Shown here piece by piece: positions 39,401 through 53,854 of a stretch of 64,000 nucleotides of DNA. Location of the stretch: positions 124,001 through 188,000 of the forward strand of contig CDLV01000018.1 in NCBI GenBank assembly GCA_001244265.2, given 5' to 3'. The translations under genes and the position numbers were made by a program. The notes under the pieces are model-generated. The model had not been told where the DNA came from, searched no databases, and worked only from the letters and a program-made list of their open reading frames with translations. Origin of the DNA: Microbotryum violaceum. Taxonomy: Eukaryota. Position 1 is the stretch's first letter; each line of letters begins with the position of its first letter.

Positions 39401-42400
39401 CTTGCCTTTGACGCAAGGGTGCTCAACGACGACGGTGTGGAGCGCCTCTTCTCGACTGAACTGAAGCAGATCCACTTCGATACCACTTATTGGGGATCTG
39501 TCAGCCATCGTCCCGTGCTCCCGCGCGCCGTGCAGCCTCTGTGCAAGACTTCTTTCGGGGCTCACTTGGTCGACATCAAGATTCCTCGCGATGTCATCCG
39601 TTCCTATGAGTGAGTGCAAGCAGACTTCGCATTGCGCTGATTACCGTGCTGGCATTCTGTCGCTGACCATTTGTTTGTTGTTGTCATTAGGCTCGTCGAT
39701 AAATGGAGGGTCGCTGCATTGCCCGATGTCGACTCCTTGTTGATCGACTTGCGTCTCAGTCTTGAGGGTCTACCGCCAACCGCGTACGCTACTCGAAGTA
39801 TGCCGGCCCCAGCGGTGAAGAATCAGACGCCCAAGACCGCTTCGGCGCCATCCTTCCCGCATATCCTGTTGGCGAACGCAAAAGTCGCGGTCAAAATCAA
39901 TCTCCCCCGACTTCTTCTCGAGATTAACGCGATACCCTCGCTGAATATCATTTACGAGGTCAAGAACGTGGCCGCCGAAGCGAGTTCGAGCGACGGTGTC
40001 GCGGCAGGAAAAGAAGCCGTCGGTGCTTTAGATCTTGGCTTCAGGATTGGCGCGCAGAGTCTATGCTTCCTCCCAATTCGTGGGACTGGGGAAGTGGAGT
40101 CACCATTACCAGCTGAGACGGTCTTTGCACTCCCTGTGGTGCGCGCAGAGGGCTTCGTCGATGGCCTTCCTTGCCGCACTGTGCGGGTAGAAGCGGAGGT
40201 CGACTCGGTATCGCTGAAGCTCACAGTCGGCGTTATCGACTCGATCTTATCGATGCAACAGCATTTTGGACATGACATTGACGAGCTTCTGCAGGTTCTA
40301 CATGCCAGGCGGGGACCGGCGACCCGAGTTCTGGCACCCGAAACCCAACAGGACATCGCCCCGAGCAAGAAGGACCTGGTCCTATCAGCCCCCTCGTCAA
40401 GCCTGTCGTGGAACGCCAGCATCACCTTCAGTGGTGTTAAAGTTGGACTCGATGGTCCCCAGGCCACGCAGTGGGTCCAAGCAAAACTCATCAAAATTGA
40501 AGCCGGTCGTGCGCCACCGCAGCCTTTTGCCCGTCTGCACGCCAAAGTCGAAAAGTTGGGGCTCTCTCTTGAGCAAAGACCTGTGCCCATGGGCCAACCT
40601 TTGAATCCTCACCGCCTGGCCTTCTTCCAACTCGATTTACGCGCCGATTACAGCAAAGGAATTCAAGATTCTTATGCTCGCCAAGCTTCGTACAACCTAG
40701 AAGAACGCACGGGGCATCTGAAACTCACGTTTCCACGAGTTCATGCGGTCATGCAGCCCCCCGCTGTTGAAGCCCTCGCTGATCTGCTCGATCACTTCAA
40801 ACTGGAGATTGAAACACGCCGAGGACTTCGGCAGATCGAACTTCAAGCCCTGCGCGACCGCTTCACCAAGACATTGGACGGCTTCGGCAGCGCCGCCGAG
40901 CCTACGCCCATGAAGAGCCCTTTTAGTACCCAGAAGGACGACGACACCCCAATGACCCCTTCATGGCTAGCATCTTGCGTGCTAACGCTCGCTTTCACCA
41001 GCATCGGTATCGCTGTGCCTCTGGCAAGCGAAGGTATCGCCCCTTCGATCGTTGAATCGGACTCCGAGTTACGACCTGCGTTCCTCCTGTCCATCGCCTC
41101 GATCAACTTCAACGCCCAAAAAGGGAGTGCAGGTTCCGCCAGTGTCAATGATCTAATGCTACAATTTGTAACGGAGTTCGATATGACGAAGCAGGAGCAT
41201 TTCGACGGTTCGAGCCACAGCATTCGCAACCGTATCAACTTGCCAAGGATGAGCTCTTCACTGCGGGCGCCAAATGGGAAGCCAATCGTTGTCGAGTCAG
41301 AAGTCTCGGGCCTCGAAGTCGATCTGGAGCCTTCGATCGTCGCTTGTCTATACGCGCTGATGGACATGTACCGTCTGAGTCACGAGCGCTTTTCTAAACT
41401 GGCTTTGCAGCCCGAGGCTTCGCCATCGTCGACTGCAGCGCCTGTCGTGGATCGGCTCGACCCCTGCCGCCGGTCCTCGTCTTCCTCAATTGCGCTTCGG
41501 ATCCGTGCCACGTTCAAGTTCGAGTCGGGCAAAATTCGCCTGCACTCTGCGAGGAAGGGCGTCGCCACGGGTGGTGCGTCCACACCGACCGGCACGCCGA
41601 GGTCCAGCGTTACACGGCCCAACCACACTCGGAGCGCAAGGTCGCTGCACGACATCAGGTCTCCCCCGAGATCGCTGCGCTACGGGACCATTGATATCGC
41701 TGATGCACCTGATCTCATAGAGCTGCCCGTCGTATCGGTCTGGGCCGAAACGCAGGATTCGTCGCCATCCGAGTTGACGCACTTGCACGTCGGCATCCGC
41801 ATCCACGGCAGCAGCAACACGCTAAAGCCTACTCTGATCCCGTTCATCACGAGTGTCGTTCACGCCATGAAAAACCGGTCCGCTGCTCCTACGCAGGTCG
41901 CAATGGTTCGAACAGCGGGCGCCGAGGTCGCAGCGGCGACTGATCAGTCCGGCGCATTGGCACCGAGTGCATTTGGACGGTTCCGACTCGGCGTAAGCCT
42001 CAAGATCGACGAGTCATCGCTCAAGATCACCTGCAACTCAGTCGTTCCGGTGACCGCAACTCTCTTCTGGAACAGCGGAGGATTCTTACTCACATGGACC
42101 CCCAGCGAGAGAAGGGTCGAGCTTGCGATAACCGTCGATGGAATATCGGCCGACGTCCGGCACGACCATGCGCGAGGACTGGAACGATGTCTCAATGCTG
42201 AGGCCAGAGGTATTGCTGCCTCGGTAGCATTCCGGCCCGCCACAGATGGATCATTGGGCGAGAGCTCTGATATCACGTCCATCACTGTGCTGGTCCCCGA
42301 TGTGTCAGCGGCCGCCAACTTCCGGAACCTGCAAGTGTGGATGTGTTTCAAAGCAATCTGGGTGGACCGCATGGAGCTCGACTGTGGCGCCTCGCTTCCA

Positions 42401-44465
42401 GATGGCAGCCCTTCGTCATCGCTGGCCTTGCCCACCGCAAGTGCTCCTGTTTCAAGGACCTCTACACTGGCGTTGCTCGAGGTCATTCGGTTTGAGATTA
42501 CTTGCGACCTCGGGCATTCGATCGGCCGGGTTAAGCTTTCTGCCGATGTTCTCAATGGCAGACTTCGATGGATACCCGGCCATTCGAGGCTGGTCTCTTC
42601 AAGCGTCAAGAGTCTACGAATCACGGGCGAAGGCAAAGCCAGTGGGTCGATCGTAACTGACGGCATTCTGTTCTCGACTCGACTTCGGGATGAAGCCAGT
42701 GGCGCCAAGGAGAGGGGGACGGCGGATCTGGTATGTTAATTGCTGCGACCGCGGCTTTCCAAGTTGTGAGAAATCGCGCTAACCTGGTAGCTTGTGATGA
42801 TACGGCTGCGCAGCTTCAGATCCAGATTGGCATCGGAGAAACAAAGGCTACGGTCGACTTCGAGTCGAAAAAGATGCTGGCGCTGCAGTCCGACCCCATC
42901 GCCGTCGATGTCATTGATGACTGGTCTCAGACGACCACAGCCAGCGCAGAGCTCGGCCTTGCCTTCCATGTCAAAATGGGTTCCTTCAACGTCATTCTCA
43001 CGACCGGCACATTCCCGACTCTGATCCGTGTGCTGCATCGTATCGAGCTCCTCATAGCCGAGAAGAGTGCCGAGGCCGACAAATCTCTCGCCGACTCGGG
43101 GCTTCCACCTCGGCCGTCAACGATCCAACGTGGTGCCAACATCGTGTCGGCTGTTGCGTCCAAGCTTGCGCTCGATGATGAGGCCACCAAATGTTCGATC
43201 CGCATCTCGAACGAACTCAAACTCGAGCTTCTTCGCATCCGTCTTGCCGTGTTCCCCGATAGCTTCAACGAGGGACAAGTCTTCCGATTTGATGCAGGTG
43301 GAGGGGTGCGTGCCAATCTCACGCGCAGCGTCGAGGCAGACCAGACAACGCATCGCCATCTCAAGCTGTTCCTCGGTGGATTTGTAGGTCCTCCAGTACT
43401 TCTGTAAGTATCAATTCCTAGCACACCCGCTAATGTATGCGTCCGAACGTCTCAGTCCGTTCGCAGAGTCTCGCACACCCGACTTACGAACACGCAAGTG
43501 GGCGAGTACGACGTGCCCGCTTGGTTCGAGCTCTTCCGAACGTCGAGACCGAGCGTCATCTTCGAAATCGGTCTCACCGAAGTCCTGATGAAATCGACGC
43601 AAGCTTTCGGATCGAACCGGCTATTGCACACTTTCGAGTTGACGTCTGGAGGACAGTACGACGTCACCCTCAACGTAAGACATTACCGACGTGATCCTTC
43701 TACCTCTGGCTGACCGCAGAAGCGCTTCCGTCGTATCTCTCCTTGTAGTACGCGCTCTTGAAGACATTAGGCAAGGTAACGACCCTTTACCAAGAGCGGA
43801 TGGATCAAGTGATGGCGGAAAAAGAGTCTTCTGGCCCGAGTGCTTTCACGTCTGATCGACCCACCCCGCTCAAGCCCCAGCTCTCGGCAGCATCGCCGAC
43901 ACCAAAAGTCGATGCCGACACAAGCACGTCGAGCGGCCAGAATTTGGACCCGTCGGCAGGCGAACTGGGGCCCGTCCTAATGAAGCCGACACCTTTGGTA
44001 CAAGCTGCGACCGGTGCCCATGGACCGCTCGAGTTTGTGGCCGTAACCAATATCAAGGTGCAAGAGCCCCAATTCAAACAACTTGGTGAAGGTGAGGCTT
44101 TGCGTTTCACCCGTTACCCTCTTCTCTACCTGTCCCCCACTACGACGAGATCTTCGTGATTGACGCATGAACGTCTCTGTTCTCTTCAGCTACGCCACCT
44201 CTCAAATGGATCGGCGTACAACGCGAAAGATACCCCGCTTGGGTCCACACCGGTGTGACCAGTCCGCTCGAAGAGATCCTCATCTTGCTCTCTGCCACGT
44301 GAGTAAATATCAGGTTTTCCCGAGACTCTTGGGAAGTCTCTGATAAAGGCTCTGTCTGATAGATATCACAATCAATTGGCCAAGCAAAAGCTCGACAACA
44401 GCAAACGCGGTAATTGCTCACCAAGGCCAACGACCGCAAGAGACGCATCACGTGATGAGACCTAG
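33498..44465 (+). CDS. CSF1: Csf1/BLTP1 (KIAA1109-like) bridge-like lipid transfer protein, >3000 aa, multi-exon
   Basis: N-terminal TM then FFYSNRLLG...ISFSLLGGRINFSDVRY...YIIWKYW; PEWGID..IRGG..TYGPWADRQR; KDNYFG; C-terminal PQFKQLGEATPPLKWIG. Long ORFs are joined by short introns; the 3' end is approximate. Confidence 0.92.
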
Positions 44466-44501
44466 TCTTCTTTTCACTCTCGTTTACTTTGTACTACTCT
44501 T

Positions 44502-44535
<34 letters not shown>
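44502..44535. repeat. (CT)n microsatellite
   Basis: Read directly. Confidence 0.9.
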
Positions 44536-45621
44536 CAGCATTTTCTGCACTGTTGTTGATGTTATAACTGAATCGCATGCAATGCACCCGAGTTCTCTCC
44601 CGCAAGACTTGAGCGCTGGTAATCCATCAGAGCTGGAGATCGGATGCATTCTGGAGCAGTCTGAGCCGCAGGTGCAGTGCGACCGGGAAGGGAGCATCGC
44701 TAGAAGATCCGCTGAGTCCGACGTGGAGCCTCAGTGGAGGGCGCAGGAGCACTCAGGGAGACTCGAGAACTGCTCAGAAATGAGGCTTCAGGTCCGAAGT
44801 AAGCGCGGACCTAGAAACAAGCTCTGTCCACTCTTTGACGGCCACATGGCTCGAGCCGCACGGCGTTGTATAATGATCACTTTGGATGCCGGCCCGCCAC
44901 CCGTGCGGAACACTGCAACTCCCACACGCGCGTCGCGACGCGCCGCACTTTGAGCAAGGTTCTGAAACCATTTCCACCAGCGGCCCGATTTTCCGAGCTC
45001 TGACGGGCGGATTGTGGAACACTCGGGACGTTGGCCGCTGAGAAGCTCTTCGTCATCAGACCCCGCCCGTTCAGGAAGCTACCGGCTAGCTGCCGTATAT
45101 CAACAGAGTCGAAAGCTTGCTCTAACGGGCTTCGAACTTGGGTATCGCCGACGGTAGAATAGCCGGGATCCGCCGACAAAGTACCCTCGATTGGGAGCCC
45201 CCCTCCCCCCCCCGGTTTCGATAACTCATCGCAACGGTCGCGCAACCATCAAAGCGCATCAGACCCGGGCCTCACACCTCGCCCACGCCTCGCCATTCGG
45301 TACTACATCACGCACCTTCTACCTGGCCTTTGTTGACCAACTTGGCTTGTCATTCTTAAAGCCATAGCGCGGCGGGAGTAGATGGGAACCGGCCTTGTAG
45401 TACGTCTTGGCTCGTCAGTCGCAACGTCGATCGCAGCTGGGCGTAGATCGCAACACCGCCGAGCCGAAGTGATCGACCACCGGTCAGCTCGCACAATCTG
45501 ATCTCGGGACTCGGGACTCACGGTCACCGGCTTAGCGGGCGAAACCATTGAAGTGCTACGAGGTTGACATGTGTTCACGTACAACAAAGTGTTACTCGAC
45601 TTTCCATCATCCCTGAAGGCA

Positions 45622-47546
45622 ATGGCTCGTCCACTCTGCGCCGCTCTTCGAGGCTCAACGCGCTCAACCGTCACTCGCGCACTAGACGCCGAGTCTCAAC
45701 GGTCGCAGTCCGAGTCCGTCAACGGTTCGCTAACTCTTCGCCTGCAAGAAGCGGATCATCCGAGACCGCATTTGAGACTCGCTGCGACGCCGCGTCAAAC
45801 TGCTTCCACCAACGTGAAAAAAAGAACAAGCATCGCCGTATCCCCACCACGAAAGTCATCGCCTCGTATTAAGCCGCCATCAGTCGAAGAAGACCTTTCA
45901 CAGCCCGTGGTCGCACCGCCGACGGAGCGCGTAGAACCGCGGGGTCCGACGATGACGATTGAACCAAATCCGTCCCCTCGCAGTGAACCCAGGGCCGGAC
46001 CTTCGGACGAGCATGAACGTCGTCTTGCCTCACTGGTTCTCAAGGGAAAGAAGCTATACAAGGAAGCAACACTTCAAGACATCTCGACCACGGAGGGGGT
46101 CTCCCAAGCCCGGCGGCAGTTCCTGGAATCATACGAGGCTTTTAAGCAGGCGAGCGAGGACAAGAAAGCAAGCAAGGCGGCCTGGAAGGTCGCGAACTTG
46201 ACTGCCGACCTCGGATACCGTGCCTTCAAGCTGGGCGACAATCGCGGTGCATCGAAGCTGTTGCTCGAGGTACGTCCAAAGTTTAGTGCATCTCAAGGGC
46301 AGGCAGAAACTCTCCATTTTCTTTCGCCCCTAGGAGCTTCGCGATACTGACGGATCTGTATCCATCCAGGCTCGATCGATCTTTCAAAGAATAGGCGATT
46401 TGGCCAAGGAAGCGACGTGTTTGCAACAACTGGGACTTGTTTGCATTGCCTCAGGCGATCCTCTGCAAGCCGCCGACTACCTCAAAAACGTGAGTCTGCT
46501 CGCTTCTTCAAGCCATCGAGCCTTTCACCTTGAGCTCTGACGTTTCCGACTTCCTTCTCCAATCAACGTGTATCTAGGCGATCGTGATCCTGATCGAAAC
46601 GGAAAACGTGCCCCAAGAAGCTTCGACCTTGTGCGAATTGGCGAACCTGCTCTCTTCCTCGGACCCGCCCTCTGCCATCCTCTTCTACAAGCAGGCCCTC
46701 GTGCTCTTTTGCAAGCTCTTGGACTCGGTGCGCGAAGCACGAACTCTATACGCTGTCGCGAAACTGTACACGACCGAACGGGAATACGCCACTTCATTCG
46801 CATACTACCTCCAAGCCCGAGTCATCTTTCGTCGGTTGGGCGAGACTTGGATCAAATTCGTTGCAGCGGATGCGGATTGCTCCTACGCTTTGGGAAAGCT
46901 CGCCGCAAAGGGGGAGCTATTCCCCGCCGCAGTGTCGTACCTCGAAGAAGCATCCTTGCTGTACCGACAAGTCAGTCAACCCCTCGACGAAGCATGGTCC
47001 CTCCATCGTCTTTCCCTCGTCATGCTCCGCTGCGGCGACCACCAACTCGCGATCGACTACTTCCTCGAAGCGCAACAATTGTTCGCCGCCGAACCCAACC
47101 AACTCAAGGCCCAAGCTTCATGCTGCGGTCGTATTGCGCAGGCGTATCGGATGTTGAAGGACCCCGTCAAGGAATACGAATATACGCTTCAAGCCTCAAG
47201 GCTACACCCGTTACAGCGATCAACCTCGACTAAAGCATCATCGAACTCTTCCGGGCCACCAGCGAAAACGCACCATCGCAACTTGTCGACGATGCTACCC
47301 CCAATGGAAGAAGAGATTCAGCAGGTCGAAGACAATACAGAGTTCCCAGGCGTTTCCTTCTCCTACGACTCACGAAACGCACCATCATCTACGACCGCCG
47401 CTCCTCAATCCACGCATCAACCGAACCCTTCGGCCTCACCAGGCGTAGGCGGTAAATCATGGTGGCCGAATAGTCGCACAATCCCAAGTTCAATCTTAGC
47501 TCTTTCCGTCATGGCTTCTTCTTCAACCGCTCCTCGCCCGATTTAA
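45622..47546 (+). CDS. TPR-like helical repeat protein
   Basis: Repeating EA..L..L(G/A).....G....A..Y...A..LF/LY pattern across ORFs 45571 and 46584 plus an intervening exon (~46370-46489). Start codon uncertain. Confidence 0.75.
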
Positions 47547-48646
47547 GGATGAAGGACAAGACGTCGAACCCGACCAGTCCGGAGTCGTCGCCGCCGGTGA
47601 TGGTGCAGCACAAGGTCTCGACGCGTTCCCAGTAGACGACATGCTATTCCGAATGGACGCTTTCACTTGTTTTGTAGCACCTCTCTTTCTCGCTTTTAGC
47701 GTTGCTTCCAACCCGCCTTTTCCCCCTGCCCTCTGGTTTGTCGTATCCTAGAATTCTCAAGTGTTGTCATATTCCAATCCTTTACTCTAAGGTAGTCAAA
47801 AAATTAAAGTGTCAATCCGCGACCCATGTACCTCAATCGCTGTGTTTGACCGTGTTGCCGCGCAGAGGGTCGTCTGTGAGGAATGCACCAACATACAGTC
47901 GAGTCTGCGGCACCTTCCCGTGGTGTCGGCGTCCCAATCAAAAGTCCCAATCACATGTACTACCTTATCTGCATTTCCTGAACCATTAAAACCGAGCTAC
48001 AGCCTCGAGTACAAATTTTGTCGAGCCTATTGAGTGGAACTGTTGAGCCGTATGTGTAGTATTGCAATCGTGTGGGTTTGCATGACACTTCTTCTACAGA
48101 GCTCGGGCGTGGTCCCGTTGTCGTTGACGCGCCGGGTGCGGGCGGGCGGGGGCGAGGTCGAGGCGAGCACTTCGCCGAAAAGCAGGTCTTCCTGCACGCC
48201 TCAACTCAGGAAACAGTTGCGCGTCGGGGGGGGGCCTCGACCCTATAGTATCGAGCACTCTCCACGACCGACAGCGATTATTTTGGTTCTTCAACATACA
48301 AGTCCGGTGGGGATTGCACACAAGAAAGGAAGCTGAAAGAAAATGATACCCTTTCAGGATGGAGGGGAAGGGAACAAAGAACGTGGCAGGTAGTAGTAGT
48401 AGAAGAAAGGAAGGTTGATCAACCGCCCAAAGTCCGATCATCTGCCTCAACAGAAATTTGACATTAGAAAATAAGGGGCGGTGGGGAGAAGTAAAAGAGA
48501 TCTATAAAGAGGTGGTAGCGCATGAGCAAACTCCGGGAAGGCGGAAGACGTGGCGATGGGTCGGGAGAAGGAGATCGACTTTTAGGAGTTGGAGGTGACA
48601 AGGGGAAGAGAAAATGAAGAGACCGTCTTTCGAACATATAAAGCGT

Positions 48647-50489
48647 TTACTTCATGACCTTGCCGTCGGCGTATTCGAGACCTTCGTAAGTGTTGGTCCA
48701 TTCCCAGCAGCCGAGGATGAAGTCACGATCGTTCTTAAGGTCCAAGGGGGTGAACTCGTATGACTCGTAATCGGGGGCAACGTCAAAGACGCTCTTGTAG
48801 TCCGAACCGCGGATGAGGTAGACACCCACGATCTTGGAGTTGTTGTTGGTGCCGTAAACGCCGGCCGAGCCAAAGACGTGCTTCCTCGAGGCTTCCAATC
48901 GCGAGTGGAAGCCAGTGATCAAGTTGGACGACATGAACACCTGCGTCAGCTCGTCGGGATACTTGAACTCGCACTTCCACAGCGAGTACTCTTGCGCATC
49001 AAAGTTCTTCTCGAGCCACTCGAACGCGACGGGGGTGTCGTTGTTGGAGTACTGTCGCTTCCACTCGTCAAGGGGGAACGACTTAGCGGGGCCAAGCGCC
49101 TCGCACGGGTGCTTGGCCTTGGGCTCCGACGGGGCCGAGGGCTCGTCATCCTCGTCGTCTTTGGCCTTGGGCGCGGCCTTGGCCTTGGGCGCAGCAGGGG
49201 CGGCTGCGGCGGCAGCGGGCTTGGCCTCCTTCTTGGGAGGGGTGTACTGAACCGCCTTTTCGCACAAAGTGGGCTCGCCCTTGAGGACCGCCTGGAACTC
49301 GGGTTGATGCACGACCGTGTTGAAATAGCGCATCGTGTTGGGTCGCGCGGCGCGGTACTCGGCGTCGAGAACCCTCTCGAAGCCACGGGCGAGCACGGCG
49401 GCGAGGAGAATATCGGCGATGGTGATGCGCTCGGTCGCGAGGAAGGTCTTGTTGGCCAAGGCCTTCTCGAGGTAGTCGCCGCGGGCAAGCACGACGGCCT
49501 TGGCGTCGTCGACGGCCTTCTTGTTGTAAGGGACCATGCCGAGGAGGGGGGCGAACCAGGAGCCGAGTTTGGGGAGGAATTCCTGGTTGGCCCACGAGGC
49601 CCACTGGTAGACGATCGCGGTCTCCTCCTTGGTGGAGCCGAGGAGGTTGGCCTTGTTGCTCTGCGAGGCGAGGTAGGTCGAAATGGCGAGGATCTCGGAG
49701 AGCAGGAGGCTGCCTACTTCAAGACCGGGGACCTAGAAGGGAAGAAGTGGGGTGTTCAAAACGCGGCTCGGGAGAGAAAAAACGCAGACGAAGCATAACT
49801 CACGAGTCCCAAGGGAAACTTGGCCTTGTAGGCGGCATCAATGCCTCCCTCGGCGAAGGGATGCACATCGACAAAGTCGAGTTCGATGCCCTCGTACTGG
49901 GCCACGACGAGCGCGGCGTTGGTGCGGGAGTTGCCGGGGAACTATGGGCGTGGGGGGGATGGAGAAAGGTATAGTATGGGTTAGATTGGTGGTGAGAGGC
50001 GCGAATAGCGAGACGAGTGAGCGGGTAGAGAAAGGGGGTCAGTGAGGTGAATGAGTGCTTGATTGCAAGCTGATGGAGACCACGAGCGAGCAAGTGTGGC
50101 TGCTGGCTGCTGCTGGTGGTGACCGTGCGGGCGCTGGCTGGGCTGGCCGTTGCGTGGCGAACCAGAAAGCCAGCGGACGATTCCGCACAGCAGAGCACAC
50201 GTCCTGGGCAGCGTACAACAGTCCGAGGAACATGTGCACCGGCAGCATGAACTCGCACCCTCGCACCAACCAAAGGGGTGCGTTGGAACTTCACTGTCGC
50301 TGTGTGAAGCGGGCAGATGCGACGCTGGAGTGGGTTCACGGGGTCACACCACCACGTTTCGCACACCTCCAGCGAACGCCAGCAAGGGCCGGCTAGCCGA
50401 GTCAAGCGGAACGTCACATCGTAATCGATGCATCTGCTGTTCCCGGAGGGAAAGAATGGACCTACGCCGTAAAGTGTTCCGAATGCCAT
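48647..50489 (-). CDS. TEF4: Translation elongation factor 1B-gamma (GST-like N-domain + EF1G C-domain)
   Basis: MAFGTLYG/FPGNSRT..., KFPLG, ERITIADI, FPLDEWKRQYSN, LTQVFMSSNLITGF, DVAPDYESY and ADGKVMK. Confidence 0.96.
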
Positions 50490-50805
50490 GGTAGTTTGTG
50501 AGATGTGTGTGTGGTAGGGTGGGGTGGGGTGGAGGGAGGGCAGTAGGCGTAGGGCCTTGGGAAACGCTTGCCAAGCGCTTCAGCAACTTCCAGCGACGAC
50601 GCGCGAGAAAGGAAGGCGACGGAGCGTTTCCCTCGCACGGACCGCTTCCCTCAACTCTGAACCATACTAGCCCGCGCCGTCATTTCTTGTTGTCAGGCAA
50701 GGCCTCGTCTTTCGTCCAGGTAGGATCAATGACCATGTGTAGCCGAGTTCAAGATTTCAGATTAGTCCTAGCCAAGGTCCTGTGTTCATCGTGGCCTGTC
50801 ACTTT

Positions 50806-52142
50806 TTACAGCACGCCAGCCTCCTTGAGTTTACTGACGATCTCATCCACCGAGCCGACCTGACGACAAAAAGAGGGAATCATCACTTTCGGACAGTGGG
50901 ATACTTTGTTTTAAATCCTTTTGCAATTGCCTGATCACTAACCTTGGCACCACCCTGTCGTGCCGGCGGGGCCTCGACCTTGAGCGTCTCCAAGCGCGGC
51001 GTCAGATCCACCTTGAGGTCCTCTGCCTTCATCTTCTTGAGCGGCTTCTTCTTGGCCTATACGCCGTGTTGAGATTCAGACGAGTCAATACATGTATATA
51101 GATAAGACCAACAGTCTGCCGGAGCCCATTCCCGAGACCCCGCAACCAAAGATCCGGGAAGAGAAAGTAGAACGAACCTTCATGATGTTCGGCAAGCTCG
51201 CATAACGCGGCTCGTTCAACCTCAAATCGGTCGTCACCACCGCCGGCAAAGCCATCATCAACGTCTCCAACCCACCATCAATCTCCCTCGCCACCTTGAT
51301 CTTGTCCCCCTCGACCTCAAGCTTGCTCGCAAAGTTGGCCTGGGGCCAATCCAACAAACCGGCGAGCATCCCTCCAACCTGGGACGAGTCATCATCGATC
51401 GCTTGCTTGCCGAGAATGATGAGATCCGGTTTCTCCTGTTCGACGATGGCCTTCAACGCCTGCGCGACACCCAGAGGCTGCACGTCCTGACCGTCCTTGA
51501 CTTCGACATGGATCGCCGCATCGGCGCCCATCGCCAATGCGGTGCGCAAGACGTCGGCAGCTTTGGGAGGGCCGATCGTCACGACCGTGATGGATTCGAT
51601 CCGTTCTTTGAGCTTCTCACGCAGGCGGACGGCTTCCTCGACGGCTGGGGGATGGTCCGGTCGTCCAAAGGGGGGGAGGGGGGAAGAAGTGGGGCGTCAG
51701 CGCTTGTGTTCTAGTGGATTCTGGCCTGCATGTCTGGAACTGTGCCATCGAGAGAAGAACACCCCAGACTACAGAGCTGCTCCGTTGCTTTGGCATGTCG
51801 ATCAATGGCATATCATCGGCCAACGATGGACTGCCGCCTTCGTAGCCCCGGACGACGTTCTCCCGATGGCTGCCGATGACGCTTCCTCTCCTCGACCGAT
51901 CGAACCCTCGCACGCCGACTCACCAATCTCGCAAAAGGGGTTCTACATAGCCAGGTCACCGAGCATTAGTCGCAGTTCCCAACCCTGGCTGAATATGCCG
52001 CGCAAAGCTGTCGACTGACCAAAGAATGCTTTACGCCGGCGGTCTCGACGCCCTTGGGCCCGACGCGCACTTTGACCGAGTAATCGACCGTGCGCTTGAT
52101 CGGGACCAACAACTTGATCCATGTAGGTGGCGAGGCGCGCAT
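50806..52142 (-). CDS. ETFB: Electron transfer flavoprotein beta subunit
   Basis: [16 protein letters not shown], micro-exon NPFCEI (51924-51942), [42 protein letters not shown] and end [10 protein letters not shown]. Confidence 0.95.
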
Positions 52143-52428
52143 GGGGAGCTCGTGTAAGGGGTGTGAGTGTGCGGAGGATGAGCGAGTGGGTGTAATGGGA
52201 CGACTTGGCAGCTGCTCGACTCGCACGGGCCTGCACGGGCTTCCGGAAAGCCGAGTAGCCGTCGGCTTGAAACTCCGCGCGCAATGGCGCGCGTTGTGAC
52301 CGGACGATTAGCAATTTCCAATCGACGTGCCAAGATCGCCAAACGGACGCCGACGAGTTCTTCGAAACGGACGCCGCAGCGAGACGGTCCGTACTCCCGT
52401 CTACATCAGTTCCATCCCATTCGACCCG

Positions 52429-53854
52429 ATGAGCTCTTACAAAGAAGAATCTTACGACACCTACGACGACTTTCTCAGGCCCACCCCGGCGACATTGCAA
52501 TCGTGAGTTTCTCTGTCTTTCGAAACCTGATCCGAACCGCTTTGAAACTCCCCCACTCGCTGCGATCGAGGGTTGACGTAGCAGACACCGCCTCCCGCTC
52601 CACCAGTGCATAGGCCACGCCTGACGCCGGGAGCTACTGAAGCAGTACATGTACAAGCTAATCTTCACCTCCCCAACCCCCAGGTCAAATCACCTCCAAA
52701 CGGTCTCCCTCATTCACAACGAACAACTCCTCGAACAACATCACCTCCAACGCAAGCTCGAGCACGAACACGACCAACTTCGTGAGCAACAACGCCAGCA
52801 ACAACGCCGCACCGCCGATGAGAAAAAAGACAAGTGGAGGTCCTATATCGGCGATCGGAAACAGCGTTGGGTTTTTGGGATATTTGCGGTACTGGTTTGG
52901 TGAGTATTAGAAGGTGATGGAAAAGGACGGACATAGGAGCATTTTTCGGTCCGGACTCCGAGATCCGGAGCTCTTGCGCAGGAGCTCGGAAGGATTGCGC
53001 ATGGCAGGGCTGCGAGCTAGCCCGGCGACACGAAGCAAGAGACGAGCGCTGACGTTTGGTATTTGTTCTTGTCAAAATCACCATATGTCCTACAGTCTAG
53101 GCCTCCTGTTATTCTTCTTCATCCCTCGCATCCCAGGCGTTGACTGGGCCAATGAAAAGTGAGAATATTCGTCCTTTGGACTTACCGAAGCGACTCGAAT
53201 GAAGTCAAAGTGAAGACAAGGCCACCATTACTTGTGCGTTTGTTTTTTTCTTCCAGTGATCTGGAGTCTTTTACCGCCAACGCGGGCTTCCAGGCGGACT
53301 ATTCGACCTCGCCTGCCTCATTCGCATTTTCAGCCAACATCTCAATTCAAGGTGACCAAGCATCCCTAACCTTTTAATTAACACGGTTTGACTATCGCTT
53401 ACGTGACTCCTTTCCGTGGCAGTCGACTCATCCTCCTCCTGGATTCCCAACAAGATGACCTCCTTACAAGCGACCGTCTTGGACCTGTCCTCGAGCGAAA
53501 TAATCGGAACCGGAGGGTTCCCCTACAATGCAATCTCCCTTCCTGCACGAGGGAAAAGGAACGGTCAGTCTACTCACCCCTAAAGACCCACTTATTACCC
53601 AAACCAACTCCTCCCATTCACTCCCCTTGCGTACTCCAGTCATGATCCCCATCTCCTTCCTCGGGACCTACACCTCGACAAACTCCACCACCTACGGCGA
53701 CGTCATTCGAGCCTGTACCGCCAATTCAACCTCAACCCTCCTCCCTATTAGCCTCAGTTTAACGTTCAAGATTCAAGGTGTGATTGGGACCAAGATCGCG
53801 AAATTGCAGTCGACGAGGACGACGTGCCCGGTTGAGCTGGAGTTGAAGACTTGA
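52429..53854 (+). CDS. Single-pass membrane protein with a beta-rich (LEA_2-like) C-terminal domain
   Basis: Exons reconstruct MSSYKEES..., a coiled Gln/His segment, TM WVFGIFAVLV..GLLLFFFIPRIP, and a beta-rich region ending TTCPVELELKT*. The domain call is inference. Confidence 0.65.

Noticed and set aside
48878-49798. 306-aa ORF on the + strand
   Set aside because: Antisense shadow of eEF1B-gamma.
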